Assembly: GCA_040753175.1 (NCBI GenBank)
Contig: JBFMEW010000016.1
Location: forward strand, 27,732-91,731
Direction of reading: 5' to 3'
Length of the DNA: 64,000 nt
Origin: Acidobacteriota bacterium
GTDB lineage: Bacteria > Acidobacteriota > Terriglobia > Versatilivoradales > Versatilivoraceae
Within the stretch, counting starts at the first letter, position 1. Every line of letters starts with the position of its first letter. The notes beneath the pieces are model-generated. The model was not told where the DNA came from and searched no databases. It saw only the letters and a list, made by a program, of their open reading frames with translations. The translations under genes and the position numbers were made by a program. This document shows, piece after piece, positions 46,589-56,410 of the stretch.

Positions 46589-47536
46589 CTAGCGGTTCCG
46601 CGTCTTGAGCGTCATATCCAAGAGGACAGCCAGGATGATGACCGAACCGATGACCAGCTGCTGCACAAAAGACGAAATCCCCAAAAGGTTCAGCCCGTTT
46701 CGCAGCACCCCCATGATCAAAGCTCCGACCAGGGTGCCGAATACGGTCCCCTCTCCTCCCATGAGGCTTGTGCCGCCGATCACGGCGGCCGCGATGGCGT
46801 CCAGTTCATACATCATGCCCGCGATCGGCTGGGCGGAGTTCAAACGCGCCGTCAGCAGGATGGCCGCCAGTCCACTCAGCATTCCGCACAGGCCGTAGAC
46901 CAGCGTTTTGTAACGCTTGACGGGCACACCCGACAGAATGGCCGCCTCCTCGCTGCCGCCGATGGCGTAGAGATAGCGCCCGAAGCGCGTCTTGGCCAGC
47001 ACAACGTGCGCCAGGACATAGACCGCCAGCATCACGATGACGGGCAGGGGCAGATGATAGAAACTGGAGGTGGCCACCGCCCGAAACGATTCGTCGAAGC
47101 CGGAAATGGGTCGGCCCTCGGTGAAGACCAGGGCCGCCCCTCGGGCCACGCTCATCATTCCCAAGGTCGAAATAAACGGCGGAAGATGACCTCGTGTAAT
47201 GAGGACGCCGTTCAGCCCACCGCACGAGAAGCCGGTGGCCATCGCGATCAGCGCCGCCAAGGGCGCCGGCACCCCGGCTTTCAGGGCGCTGGCCATCACC
47301 ACACCGGCAAAGGCCAGAACCGATCCCACCGAGAGGTCGATTCCGGCCGTGATGATTACCGGGGTCATGCCCACGGCGATCGTGGCCACGATGGCCGTTT
47401 GCTCGGCAATGTTCAGAAGGTTTGAAACCGTCAGGAAGTAAGGCGTGGCCGCACCCAATGCCGCTGAAAGGACAAACAATCCGATCAGCGTGCCCAACTG
47501 TCTGGCGTGCCCGGAAAGAAAGTGTTTCAGATTCAT
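46589..47536 (-). CDS. Sugar ABC transporter permease (RbsC/AraH-like, BPD_transp_2)
   Basis: About 315 aa with roughly 10 TM helices, GIDLSVGSV and a GGTSLMGGEG-type C-terminal motif. The first ATG is at 47536. The ORF-track start at 47557 is TTG. Confidence 0.85.
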   Translation of the reverse strand: MNLKHFLSGHARQLGTLIGLFVLSAALGAATPYFLTVSNLLNIAEQTAIVATIAVGMTPVIITAGIDLSVGSVLAFAGVVMASALKAGVPAPLAALIAMATGFSCGGLNGVLITRGHLPPFISTLGMMSVARGAALVFTEGRPISGFDESFRAVATSSFYHLPLPVIVMLAVYVLAHVVLAKTRFGRYLYAIGGSEEAAILSGVPVKRYKTLVYGLCGMLSGLAAILLTARLNSAQPIAGMMYELDAIAAAVIGGTSLMGGEGTVFGTLVGALIMGVLRNGLNLLGISSFVQQLVIGSVIILAVLLDMTLKTRNR

Positions 47537-47696
47537 CAGGCAACGGATTCCTGCCAATCAATCTGCGCGCAGGCGCCGACGGCATCGGAGCGGGAAGGGC
47601 AGCGCCGACCTTCACCCAATGCAGCATGCCGGTCTCCAGATCACAGGGCGCTCTAAAGACCCGATCAAACCTGACTTGGGCCCTGACCGGCGGCGC

Positions 47697-48146
47697 TTAG
47701 GACGAAGGCTTGAAATACAAAACCAGCCCGGCGCCCAGCGCTGCCATGAGGAATCCCAGGTAGAGCAACGGATTGGGCGCTTCCTTGGGCGGATGACTCC
47801 ACATCGAGACCAGCACGTTGATGACCGGGGCGCCTCCGAAGACCAGTGGCATCACGTAGGTCGGCAGGCCACCGGTGCGAAACGACCAGATGATACACAC
47901 GGCGCCGATGGCACCCAACGCCCCGGCCAATGTCGCCAGGGAAGACCCCGTCAAGTTAAATCCCTTGAGCTGTCCCTGGTAGGATAGGGCGATGGCGGGA
48001 ACCAAGACGCCGATCAGAAAGTAGGCAAACCCCACGCACAGGAGCGCGCGCAAAGGGCTTGCCAGCTGGACCTGTCCCTTATGCAGAACGGGACCGTACA
48101 TGCCCCACGAGAGCACGGCACCAACAACGAAGACTAGCCAGGTCAT
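47697..48146 (-). CDS. Small integral membrane protein (4-5 TM, DMT/EamA-like half-size)
   Basis: 149-aa hydrophobic ORF MTWLVFVVGAVLSWGMYGP.. preceded by AAGGAGAA. No motif recognised. Confidence 0.55.
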   Translation of the reverse strand: MTWLVFVVGAVLSWGMYGPVLHKGQVQLASPLRALLCVGFAYFLIGVLVPAIALSYQGQLKGFNLTGSSLATLAGALGAIGAVCIIWSFRTGGLPTYVMPLVFGGAPVINVLVSMWSHPPKEAPNPLLYLGFLMAALGAGLVLYFKPSS

Positions 48147-48213
48147 GAGAAGCGTTCTCCTTTGACAAGATCTCGGAAATTCAAAACCGTTTGCCCGCCG
48201 GCCTCCCACGAAG

Positions 48214-49734
48214 TCAGCGAGATATTTCAGGCGTGCCAAAGCAGTAAAGCATGCCGTGGGTTCGAACATAGAGGCAGCCTTCGGCGATGGCCGGCGTGGC
48301 ATTACAGCTATCCCCCAGGTCATTCACTGCCAGTACTTCCCAGTCCGAACCGGGGCGGATTACAGAGGCCTTGCCCTCGTGACTGATGGTGTAGAGCTTG
48401 CCGTCGGCCGCCACCGGCGATGCGAAATAGTCTCCCAAGGCCCCCGTCAGTCGGGCCTGCTTGAGGACGGTTCCGGTGGAGGCGTCCAGCGCCGTCAGGA
48501 TCCCTCCCTCCTTCATCAGGTACAGGATATTGTCGTAAAGCAGTGGTGAGGGCACATTGGGCAGGGACTTCTGATAGCGCCAGAGAAAGCTCTTCTCGGT
48601 CATGTCGCCTTGGCCTCCCAGGCGAAAGGCCAGCACGGCGTTCCGGGCGCTCCGCCGGGCCCGATAGAACCGCCAGTCACGCTCGCCCAGCCCGCCGTCG
48701 CGGTCTAAGTCCATCGACTGCCAGTCGCGCGTGATTTTCTCGTCGGAAATTTCTTCCTTCGACAGGCGGCCGTCCTGGTTGCGATCCCACTTGGCCAGCA
48801 CCTCCTGGAATGCGGAAACCTCCTCCTGTTGGCCTTCATCCGCTCCGCCGGCCCAGCCATGCACATAGATGGTGTGGTCGTTCATCACCGGCGTGGATTT
48901 CATTTGCCAGGTCAGGCCTCGCAGCCACCACACTTCCCGGCCTGTCTCCACGGAATAAGCCGTGAGCTGCAGAGAGCCCGAAACGAGGACTTGCAGGCCG
49001 CCTTCTCTGGGCTGGTACAAGATGGGAGTCGCAAAGCCACGAGTATACTCCGGGCGCTCCACCCGCCACTTCACCTCACCGGTGTCCTGATCGACGGCAA
49101 TGAAAAAAGAACCACTCTCCTGATCGCAAATCATCAGGACTTTGTCGTTTGCCAGGACCGGGGAGGCTCCCAGGCCAAAAGGGTTGTTGAAGGGACCAAG
49201 CGGAAGCCGCCAGCGCTCTTCGCCATCCGAGGTGAACGAGATCAGCCCGAAGTCGGTGAAGAAGGCGTACACATTCTTTCCGTCCGTCACCGGCGTCGGT
49301 GAGGCCGGGCTGTTGGCCTTGTGTAACTCCTCACTGCGGTTCTTGGGAACTTCCTTCCGCCACAATGTCTTCCCGCTGGAGCGATCCAGGCATAACACCC
49401 ACAGCTTAGTGGGCTCGTAGGCCGTCAAGAAGATCCGATTTCCTGCCAGAGCAGGTGAAGAATGCCCCGGCGGTAGGGCCGTCTTCCAGACTACGTTCTT
49501 ATCAGGTCCAAACTCCACCGGCAGAGACTTGGACTGAGCCACTCCGGAGCCGTTGGGACCCCGAAATTGTCCCCAGTCGGCAGCGGAAACAGCGGCTCCC
49601 ATGACACCGCTTAGCAGGGTGACGAGAAATGCCCATCTGGCGAAAAGGGATGGCGCTCGATGACCGCCCAAGCGGGGCTGCCCGGTTTGGGAGATCTGGT
49701 CGAAGAACGATCGGCCACGCCCGTCTGGTGTCAT
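48214..49734 (-). CDS. PQQ-like beta-propeller protein with an inserted EF-hand pair
   Basis: ATG at 49734 is preceded by AGGAGAGG. A signal peptide and the WGQFRGPNGSG motif are present. Two canonical Ca-binding loops, DRNQDGRLSKEE and DLDRDGGLGERD, are encoded at about 48670-48800. Confidence 0.82.
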   Translation of the reverse strand: MTPDGRGRSFFDQISQTGQPRLGGHRAPSLFARWAFLVTLLSGVMGAAVSAADWGQFRGPNGSGVAQSKSLPVEFGPDKNVVWKTALPPGHSSPALAGNRIFLTAYEPTKLWVLCLDRSSGKTLWRKEVPKNRSEELHKANSPASPTPVTDGKNVYAFFTDFGLISFTSDGEERWRLPLGPFNNPFGLGASPVLANDKVLMICDQESGSFFIAVDQDTGEVKWRVERPEYTRGFATPILYQPREGGLQVLVSGSLQLTAYSVETGREVWWLRGLTWQMKSTPVMNDHTIYVHGWAGGADEGQQEEVSAFQEVLAKWDRNQDGRLSKEEISDEKITRDWQSMDLDRDGGLGERDWRFYRARRSARNAVLAFRLGGQGDMTEKSFLWRYQKSLPNVPSPLLYDNILYLMKEGGILTALDASTGTVLKQARLTGALGDYFASPVAADGKLYTISHEGKASVIRPGSDWEVLAVNDLGDSCNATPAIAEGCLYVRTHGMLYCFGTPEISR

Positions 49735-50004
49735 TGCTCTGCCTCTCCTGAGTGTTGGAATTTGAATTGGGTTCCCGGCTCCGTGGCGGCAATTCTGCGG
49801 CCAGCGGTCAGGTGGAGTCGCCAATCCATGGTGTCGCATGATGGTATCCGATTTAGGGCTGGCGTCAATCATTCTTCGCGTGGCACCTGCGCTGCCATCG
49901 AGTCAGAAGATGATCCCAGTCTTTGCGCCAGCAACTTGGTGATGATGAATGGACGCGGTGACCGCGGTGCCTCTCTCGACAAGGAGCCGGCGAAGGCGTT
50001 GGTG

Positions 50005-53000
50005 CTAGAAAACGATTCTCAGCCCGAATTGAATCTGGCGGGCCGAGGTGGTGGTGGCGCGAATTCGACCCAAGGAAGCCAAGGGCTGCTCGTTGTCGGT
50101 CTGACCCGTGAAGGCAATGAGCGAAGGCGGCGCGAAGTTGGAGCGGTTGAACAAGTTGAAAATTTCGGTGCGGAACTGAATACGCGTGTCCTCTCCCAAG
50201 CGAGCCCACTCGAAGTTCTTCACGACCGAAAAGTCGAAGGTTCGCAGGTCGGGTCCGACAAAGGTTCCCCGGCCCAGCGTTCCGAGTGTTCCGGCAGCCT
50301 GAAGCTGGAATGCGGACGGATCGAAGTACTGATCCGGCCCGCCCAGGACAGCGCTCTCATGGGTCCGGCCTGCGGCCAGGCCGGCCCGATCGGAACCGAT
50401 CCCGGGGCCGAGCGAAGGGGCCCACAGCGAGCGAGAGCGGTTTCGCTGGACAAAGACCGTGAGCGGACTGCCGCTGCGCACCGTTCCGATTCCCGACAGC
50501 TGCCAGCCTCCCAGCCAGCGCCGCGCGGCGCCCAGCGAATCGCGCCCGAAGGGCAACTCCCAGGTGAAATTGGCGACCCAATTGTGTTTGGCATGGAAAT
50601 CCGAAAGGCCGCGATTGTAGAAGAAGCCCGGGAACTCCGGAAAGGCCGAGGTTGTACCGTTGGTGGCGTCCGAGAAAAAAGTGGAGGCCTGTGTGTTGTC
50701 GATGTTGCGGGAAAAGGTGTAGGACGATTGAAAACTGACGCCCTGCGACCAGCGCTTTCGCAGCTCGAGGATCATGGCGTTGTACCAGGAATCGCCGTCG
50801 CTCCGTTTCAACTCGATGGTGGTAAAGGCCGGGTTGGGCCGCTGCAGGTTGGGTGCAAAAAACAGCCTTCCATCGGCCAGTCGCTCCGGCACGGGCACGT
50901 TGACATCTCCACTGCGCAGAAGGTGGATGCCGCGGGACCCTGCGTAGCCGACAGTCAGAAGTGTGTCGTACCAGAATTCACGCTGGAGGTTGAGGTTCCA
51001 GACATGCACGTTTGGATTCTTCAGGTTCCATTCCACCGGCCGGATCGAGTTCCCTTGTCCGCGCTCGAAAGGCGGCAACGGAAAGGAAGGGTTCCGGATG
51101 ATGATGCGTGGCGTGGCGGGAGGATTGGTCACGGTCACAATCAGGTTCTGCTGGTTGTTGGTGTTAAAGAACAGCCCGTATCCGCCGCGCAGCGCGGTCC
51201 GTCCGTCACCGGCGGCGTCCCAAGCGAAGCCGAAGCGGGGTGAAATGTTGCGATAGGTCGGATTCCGATAAAGGGGACCGACGGTCGGCTCGCTGTCAGT
51301 GAGGCGGATCAACGACGAATCCCGACCATAAAGATCCACCGGCATCGTCGAGAACTCGTAGCGCAATCCCAGGTTAAGCTGGAATCGCGGGTGAACGCGG
51401 ATGCTGTCCTGGAGATAAAAGCCGGTCAACGTGAAGCGCCAGTAGCGGTCGAGCGCCCCGTCGGGTCTCAATCCGATGAACAACTGAGGCCGGTTCAGAA
51501 GGAAGTCGCGTAGTCCCGCGAAGTTGTAAATGCCCAGCGAGAAAGTGGGATTGAACATGTTGTCCTGATAGCGCTCCGCCAGGCCACCGAACTTGAGGAG
51601 GTGACGTCCACGGGTGTAGGTGAGCCCGTCTTCCACGCCAAACACATTTTGAGTCAGCTTGACATTGACGGAAGTTTGCGGACCGAAGCGCGGCAGCCCG
51701 CCGATGTCGATAGCCCCTACCAATTGTTGCCCCGGCACGAAAGGCTGAAGGGGAGAGGACAGCTCAGCCTGAACGTCCTGACCGATGCGCGTCCGACTGA
51801 AGTTGAGGCGCAGATCGTTGAGAAGGCGAGGAGAGAAGATCCGGCGATACTCCGCCGTGAAGAACTGGTTGCGGGAAAGGAACTCCCGAGGGAACTGGGG
51901 GAAGTCGGTCGGAAGCTTCTGCTGGGCGTCGTCAATGGTGTAGCGACCGAAGAATTGGTGGCCGGGACCGAAGTTGTGATCCACCCGACCCTGCAAAAAG
52001 TCTTCATCCAATCGCTGGCTGAACAGGAAATTGTGGCGTGCCAGGCCACTGCGAGCCAGCTGCAGGTCAGGAACCGGATCGTTGGGACTGGGATAAGCCT
52101 CCAGGTAGGAGCGCACCGCGGGATGCACGCCTACTTCGTCGATCACGGTCGGGTCGGTGGGGTTGGGAAGCAGGCCCCGACGTGCGTTTGCATCCGGAAC
52201 CAGCGTGGAGATGGTCTTCCCGAGTCCCTCGCGCAGAGCCTCGTACCCCACAAAGAAGAAGGTTCGCTCGCGCCGGAAAGGCCCACCCAGAGTGCCGCCG
52301 AATTGGTTCCGCCGAAACTCGGGCTTGCGGGCCTGATCGAAAAAGTTGCGGGCATCCAGGTTGTCGTTGCGATGGAATTGATAGAGGCTGCCGTGCAGCT
52401 CGTTGGTTCCGGACTTGGTTAATGCGTTGATCTGACCGCCCGAGTTACGGCCGAATTCGGCGCTGTAGGCGTTCACCTCCACCCGGAATTCGCGCACGGT
52501 TTCCATGCCCAGAGCCGTGCTGGCTGCGCTTCCGGCCGGGCCGTTGGTAAAGTCGTTCTGGGGCGTGCCGTCCAGGAGATAAACGTTCGAGCGGGGATCC
52601 TGTCCGTTGATGCTGACGCCGAGCCCATGCGCGACAACCGATCCGCCGTCGCGATGCGGAAAAGGAATCACGCCGGGCTGCAGCAAGGCCAAATCCGAAT
52701 AATTACGACCGTTGAGCGGCAAATCGCGAATAAGACCTTCACTGACCATGTAGCTCAGCTCGGAGGTCTGCGTGTTGACGACGGGAACCTCCCCAACCAC
52801 ATTGAGCACCAGGTCCACGCCGCCGACCTCGAGTCGCAGATCCAAGGCAGCCACGGCTCCAACCTCAAGGCGTACTCCCTGCCGCACGAGCGGTCGGAAT
52901 CCCGGATGGGTGACTCGGATTTCATACAGACCCACCGGGAGCGAAGAAAAAATAAAGCGCCCTTCCACGCTGGTGACGTTCGAGCGTGACAAACCGGTTT

Positions 53001-53205
53001 CACTGTGAACGGCCGTAACGCTTGCTTCGGAGACCAATCCGCCGCTTTGGTCCTGAACGGTGCCGGCGATGGTGGCGCTGGTTTGGGCCGAGGAAGGAAT
53101 GACTGAAACGGGCAAAAAAAACATCAGCCCAGCGGCTGCCGCCCGCAAGGAGAAGGTTTGAAGCCTGGGGGAAAGAGTCATGATAGAAACCTGTTCTTTC
53201 GGCAT
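50005..53205 (-). CDS. TonB-dependent receptor with N-terminal carboxypeptidase-regulatory-like domain
   Basis: A signal peptide is followed by [31 protein letters not shown] (CarboxypepD_reg), then a plug and a very long beta-barrel ending [10 protein letters not shown]. An alternative ATG is at 53181. Confidence 0.88.
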   Translation of the reverse strand: MPKEQVSIMTLSPRLQTFSLRAAAAGLMFFLPVSVIPSSAQTSATIAGTVQDQSGGLVSEASVTAVHSETGLSRSNVTSVEGRFIFSSLPVGLYEIRVTHPGFRPLVRQGVRLEVGAVAALDLRLEVGGVDLVLNVVGEVPVVNTQTSELSYMVSEGLIRDLPLNGRNYSDLALLQPGVIPFPHRDGGSVVAHGLGVSINGQDPRSNVYLLDGTPQNDFTNGPAGSAASTALGMETVREFRVEVNAYSAEFGRNSGGQINALTKSGTNELHGSLYQFHRNDNLDARNFFDQARKPEFRRNQFGGTLGGPFRRERTFFFVGYEALREGLGKTISTLVPDANARRGLLPNPTDPTVIDEVGVHPAVRSYLEAYPSPNDPVPDLQLARSGLARHNFLFSQRLDEDFLQGRVDHNFGPGHQFFGRYTIDDAQQKLPTDFPQFPREFLSRNQFFTAEYRRIFSPRLLNDLRLNFSRTRIGQDVQAELSSPLQPFVPGQQLVGAIDIGGLPRFGPQTSVNVKLTQNVFGVEDGLTYTRGRHLLKFGGLAERYQDNMFNPTFSLGIYNFAGLRDFLLNRPQLFIGLRPDGALDRYWRFTLTGFYLQDSIRVHPRFQLNLGLRYEFSTMPVDLYGRDSSLIRLTDSEPTVGPLYRNPTYRNISPRFGFAWDAAGDGRTALRGGYGLFFNTNNQQNLIVTVTNPPATPRIIIRNPSFPLPPFERGQGNSIRPVEWNLKNPNVHVWNLNLQREFWYDTLLTVGYAGSRGIHLLRSGDVNVPVPERLADGRLFFAPNLQRPNPAFTTIELKRSDGDSWYNAMILELRKRWSQGVSFQSSYTFSRNIDNTQASTFFSDATNGTTSAFPEFPGFFYNRGLSDFHAKHNWVANFTWELPFGRDSLGAARRWLGGWQLSGIGTVRSGSPLTVFVQRNRSRSLWAPSLGPGIGSDRAGLAAGRTHESAVLGGPDQYFDPSAFQLQAAGTLGTLGRGTFVGPDLRTFDFSVVKNFEWARLGEDTRIQFRTEIFNLFNRSNFAPPSLIAFTGQTDNEQPLASLGRIRATTTSARQIQFGLRIVF

Positions 53206-53404
53206 TCTGCAGGATTCCCGAATGCCCTGGCATCCTCCCTCCCCGCGTCCAGTCTAGCAACCGGGCGCCGCCAGTTGCAACTTGCTATTCGCTGTGCAAT
53301 AGTACGCTGGCTTTCATTGGCAGGCTCTCGAGAACAACCGGCACTGGCGTGCTGCCGCCGGTGTTCGGGCATTTCACAGCACCGATCTCGCACGAGGAAT
53401 CCGG

Positions 53405-54748
53405 ATGAGTTCGTCAACACTCGACACTGGCAAGATCCGCCTGACGCGCGTTCAGTGGCTTATTTGTGTGATCGCGTCGATTGGCTTCGCCTTCGATATT
53501 TATGAACTGCTCATGTTGCCGCTGATTGTGCGGCCCGCCCTTCTGGAGTTGATCAATGCCCGTCCGGGTTCCGCGGAATTCAACAGTTGGGTGGGGATGC
53601 TTTTTTACGTTCCGGCCCTGGCGGGCGGCATTTTCGGACTGCTGGGCGGATATCTGACCGATCGCCTGGGACGCCGCCGAGTGCTGGTGTGGAGCATCCT
53701 GCTTTATGCTTTTTCGGCCTGCGCCGCCGGTTACACCACTTCCATCCAGTGGCTGCTGGTTTTGCGGTGCACCACCTTTATCGGTGTGTGCGTGGAGTTC
53801 GTGGCGGCCGTTGCCTGGCTGGCCGAACTCTTCCCTCATCCCAAGCAGCGCGAGGCGGTACTGGGTTACACTCAAGCCTTCTCTTCTTTGGGTGGCCTGA
53901 TGGTGACCGGCGCCTATTACGTGGCCGTCACCTACGCGGACTGGCTACCGGCTATTCACGGCGGCCACCAGGCCTGGCGCTATACGTTGATCTCGGGTGT
54001 GATTCCAGCCATCCCTCTCATCCTGATTCGGCCGTTTCTGCCGGAATCGCCCACCTGGCAGCAAAAGAAAGAGGCCGGAACGCTCAAGCGGCCGAGTTTC
54101 GCCGAGTTGTTCCGCCCCGAGTTCCGCCGCACCACGCTGGTGACAGCCCTCATGTTTGCGTGCAGTTATGGAGCCGCCTTCGGCGCCATCCAGCACACTC
54201 CTCGCATCGTTCCGGGTTTGCCGGAAGTTCGAGACCTGCCTCGGCCGGCGCAGGAACAGATCGTCAGCACCGTACAGTTGTATCAGGAGCTGGGAGGACT
54301 GGCCGGTCGCTTTCTCCTGGCCTTTTTGGCCGTGCGGATGCTTCAAAGACGGAAGCTGCTGCGAGTGTTTCAGGTTCCAGGCTTGCTGTTCATGCCCCTG
54401 GTTTTCCTCTATCCGGCCAACGACAATCTGGAGTTGTTGAAGTGGGGGATTCTGGCTGCGGGCCTGGTCACCGTGGCGCAGTTCAGCTTCTGGGGGAATT
54501 ACCTGCCCCGAGTCTATCCGACCCACCTGCGCGGCACGGGCGAGAGCTTTGCAGCCAATATCGGCGGGCGGATGATCGGCACCTCGGCGGCTTTGCTCAC
54601 CACCCAACTGGCCAACGTGATGCCGGGAACCGCACCTTCCATGAAGCTGGCCTATGCCGCCGCCGCGGTGGCCTTTGCCGTGTACCTGGTGGGATTTGTC
54701 GCCAGTTTCTGGCTACCGGAACCTGAGAAGGCGGAGCTGCCGGAGTAA
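53405..54748 (+). CDS. MFS transporter
   Basis: 12 hydrophobic segments and the MFS loop motif GGYLTDRLGRRRVL. SD is GAGGAA. Confidence 0.88.
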   Translation: MSSSTLDTGKIRLTRVQWLICVIASIGFAFDIYELLMLPLIVRPALLELINARPGSAEFNSWVGMLFYVPALAGGIFGLLGGYLTDRLGRRRVLVWSILLYAFSACAAGYTTSIQWLLVLRCTTFIGVCVEFVAAVAWLAELFPHPKQREAVLGYTQAFSSLGGLMVTGAYYVAVTYADWLPAIHGGHQAWRYTLISGVIPAIPLILIRPFLPESPTWQQKKEAGTLKRPSFAELFRPEFRRTTLVTALMFACSYGAAFGAIQHTPRIVPGLPEVRDLPRPAQEQIVSTVQLYQELGGLAGRFLLAFLAVRMLQRRKLLRVFQVPGLLFMPLVFLYPANDNLELLKWGILAAGLVTVAQFSFWGNYLPRVYPTHLRGTGESFAANIGGRMIGTSAALLTTQLANVMPGTAPSMKLAYAAAAVAFAVYLVGFVASFWLPEPEKAELPE

Positions 54749-54768
54749 TCTTCAGCGTATAACGATAT

Positions 54769-56310
54769 ATGGTAGCTCCCATAGTATTCCTTAGTTCAAC
54801 AATTCGCGATCTAAGGTACTTGCGGTCCCATCTCGAGCGATTCATCAAGGGTTTGGGTTTCAACCCGGTTCTGTCTGAAAGAGGCGACGTCCCGTACATC
54901 AACGGCTTATCGGCCGAAGAGTCCTGTCTAGATCAAATTGAGCGGGACGCCGACATTTTCTTATTGATTATTGGGGCGCGATATGGGTCCCGGTCTGATC
55001 TTTCCCACGAAGGGCTTCCCAATCAGTATGTCAGCGTAACGAGACAGGAGTTCAGGCAGGCAGTCGCGAAGGGCATCCCGATCTATGCCCTCTTTGACAA
55101 GGAGATTGCATACTCCGCGCGCCGGAGAGGATCGATCAACGCCCCCGCTGAGACCGAGGAACAGCTGATCTTCGACTTCATCCAGGAAGTTGAGAAGACA
55201 AAATGCTTCCGATTCGAGTTTAACGATCCAACTGAAATCGAGGACTGGCTCAAGAAACAATGGGCGGGTCACTATCGTTCTCTCATGCTCGATCACCGAG
55301 CAGGGCGGCCTCGTGCTAGCCTTTCCCCGGGCTCAGAACCCATAACTTACTGGCTGTCATCCAAGATTCCAATGGTGATTCACTGTGGTTTAACAGAGCT
55401 ACTCGGCGAAGTGACGCTGACAAAGAGGAGCTTTCCAGCAAACCATAATCAAAAAACATCCGCTGCCACCATCGACGTTTTGTTTGCGGATGTTGCTGTC
55501 GCGAATCCGTTCGAGGGTTGGCAGGAACTTGACTTCCTAACCGGAACAATACCAGCTACGAACTCCTTATCTGATTCAGTTCAGCTGCATTTCAAGGGGG
55601 GATTCCTGCGCACTGAGTTTGCCCACAGGCTCAGAGGGCGTGTCATAAACACTAGGGATGGAGGTGTGGTTACGATTGAAATACCGGCTGGAATCACGCT
55701 TGAGGACGGCAGTCAGATTTCAGTGAAGAACGTGTTGGCCAGAACTACAGGGAAGGCAGTTGGAGCCCAAATAACCGCCACTGTTCAATGTCAGCCACCT
55801 GAGAGCAGCTTGTTTGTCAACGGAACTACGTGCTCAGTTGCATTGTGTGGTTTGTATCTTCAACTCGCGACGCAGCCAGCTCAGATAAACTCGAACGAAC
55901 AGGTTGCTCATCCGGTGCTGTATTTGGAAGAAGCGCTGGTCAATGAGTCGAATTTGGAACCGAGGAAGGGTGTTAGAGTGCACTTCGTGCTATCGGACCT
56001 TGCTGAACACGTCAGCATCGTATGGCCTGAAATAGGAGTCGAAACTCGCTATGGCAACAGTCAATTACAGAAGATCTCAGCGTCGAATAACGATGCAGTC
56101 TATGAGTTCATGTGGAACAAGAACGATCAGACAGCTGACCAAATCCGACTTTTTCGGCTCGACTTGGAGGCTCGCTTGAACGTCCCGATCCGAGGAGGAA
56201 CATGCACAGTTCAGTGCCAGCTTTATCCGCCTGGAATATCCCCGCTGATTCCGCGGTTTGAGCATCCGTTGCTACCTGACCCGGGATGTTACCTACTGAG
56301 ATTTCTGTAG
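54769..56310 (+). CDS. DUF4062-like N-terminal domain protein with uncharacterised, internally duplicated C-terminal region
   Basis: 513-aa ORF in a lower-GC stretch. Residues 1-115 carry IVFLSSTIRDL, DADIFLLIIGARYGS, YVSVTRQEF and GIPIYALF, in the motif order I recall for Pfam DUF4062. Residues about 200-490 are beta-rich with no recognisable motif. ATG lies 20 nt after the MFS stop with no SD. Confidence 0.7.
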   Translation: MVAPIVFLSSTIRDLRYLRSHLERFIKGLGFNPVLSERGDVPYINGLSAEESCLDQIERDADIFLLIIGARYGSRSDLSHEGLPNQYVSVTRQEFRQAVAKGIPIYALFDKEIAYSARRRGSINAPAETEEQLIFDFIQEVEKTKCFRFEFNDPTEIEDWLKKQWAGHYRSLMLDHRAGRPRASLSPGSEPITYWLSSKIPMVIHCGLTELLGEVTLTKRSFPANHNQKTSAATIDVLFADVAVANPFEGWQELDFLTGTIPATNSLSDSVQLHFKGGFLRTEFAHRLRGRVINTRDGGVVTIEIPAGITLEDGSQISVKNVLARTTGKAVGAQITATVQCQPPESSLFVNGTTCSVALCGLYLQLATQPAQINSNEQVAHPVLYLEEALVNESNLEPRKGVRVHFVLSDLAEHVSIVWPEIGVETRYGNSQLQKISASNNDAVYEFMWNKNDQTADQIRLFRLDLEARLNVPIRGGTCTVQCQLYPPGISPLIPRFEHPLLPDPGCYLLRFL

Positions 56311-56314
56311 TTGA

Positions 56315-56342
56315 AGGCGTTTGACGCCTGGCTGGTTTTTTC
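56315..56342 (+). terminator. Weak rho-independent terminator candidate
   Basis: Hairpin AGGCG-TTTGA-CGCCT (56315-56329) is followed after 6 nt by a T6 run (56336-56341), just after the stop of ORF 54769-56310. The stem is short. Confidence 0.3.
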
Positions 56343-56410
56343 TTCGACTATGTCTTAAGAGCCAAGTCTGCTTAGACACAGTTATGAGATTCAACAAGGT
56401 GAAGATCGGC

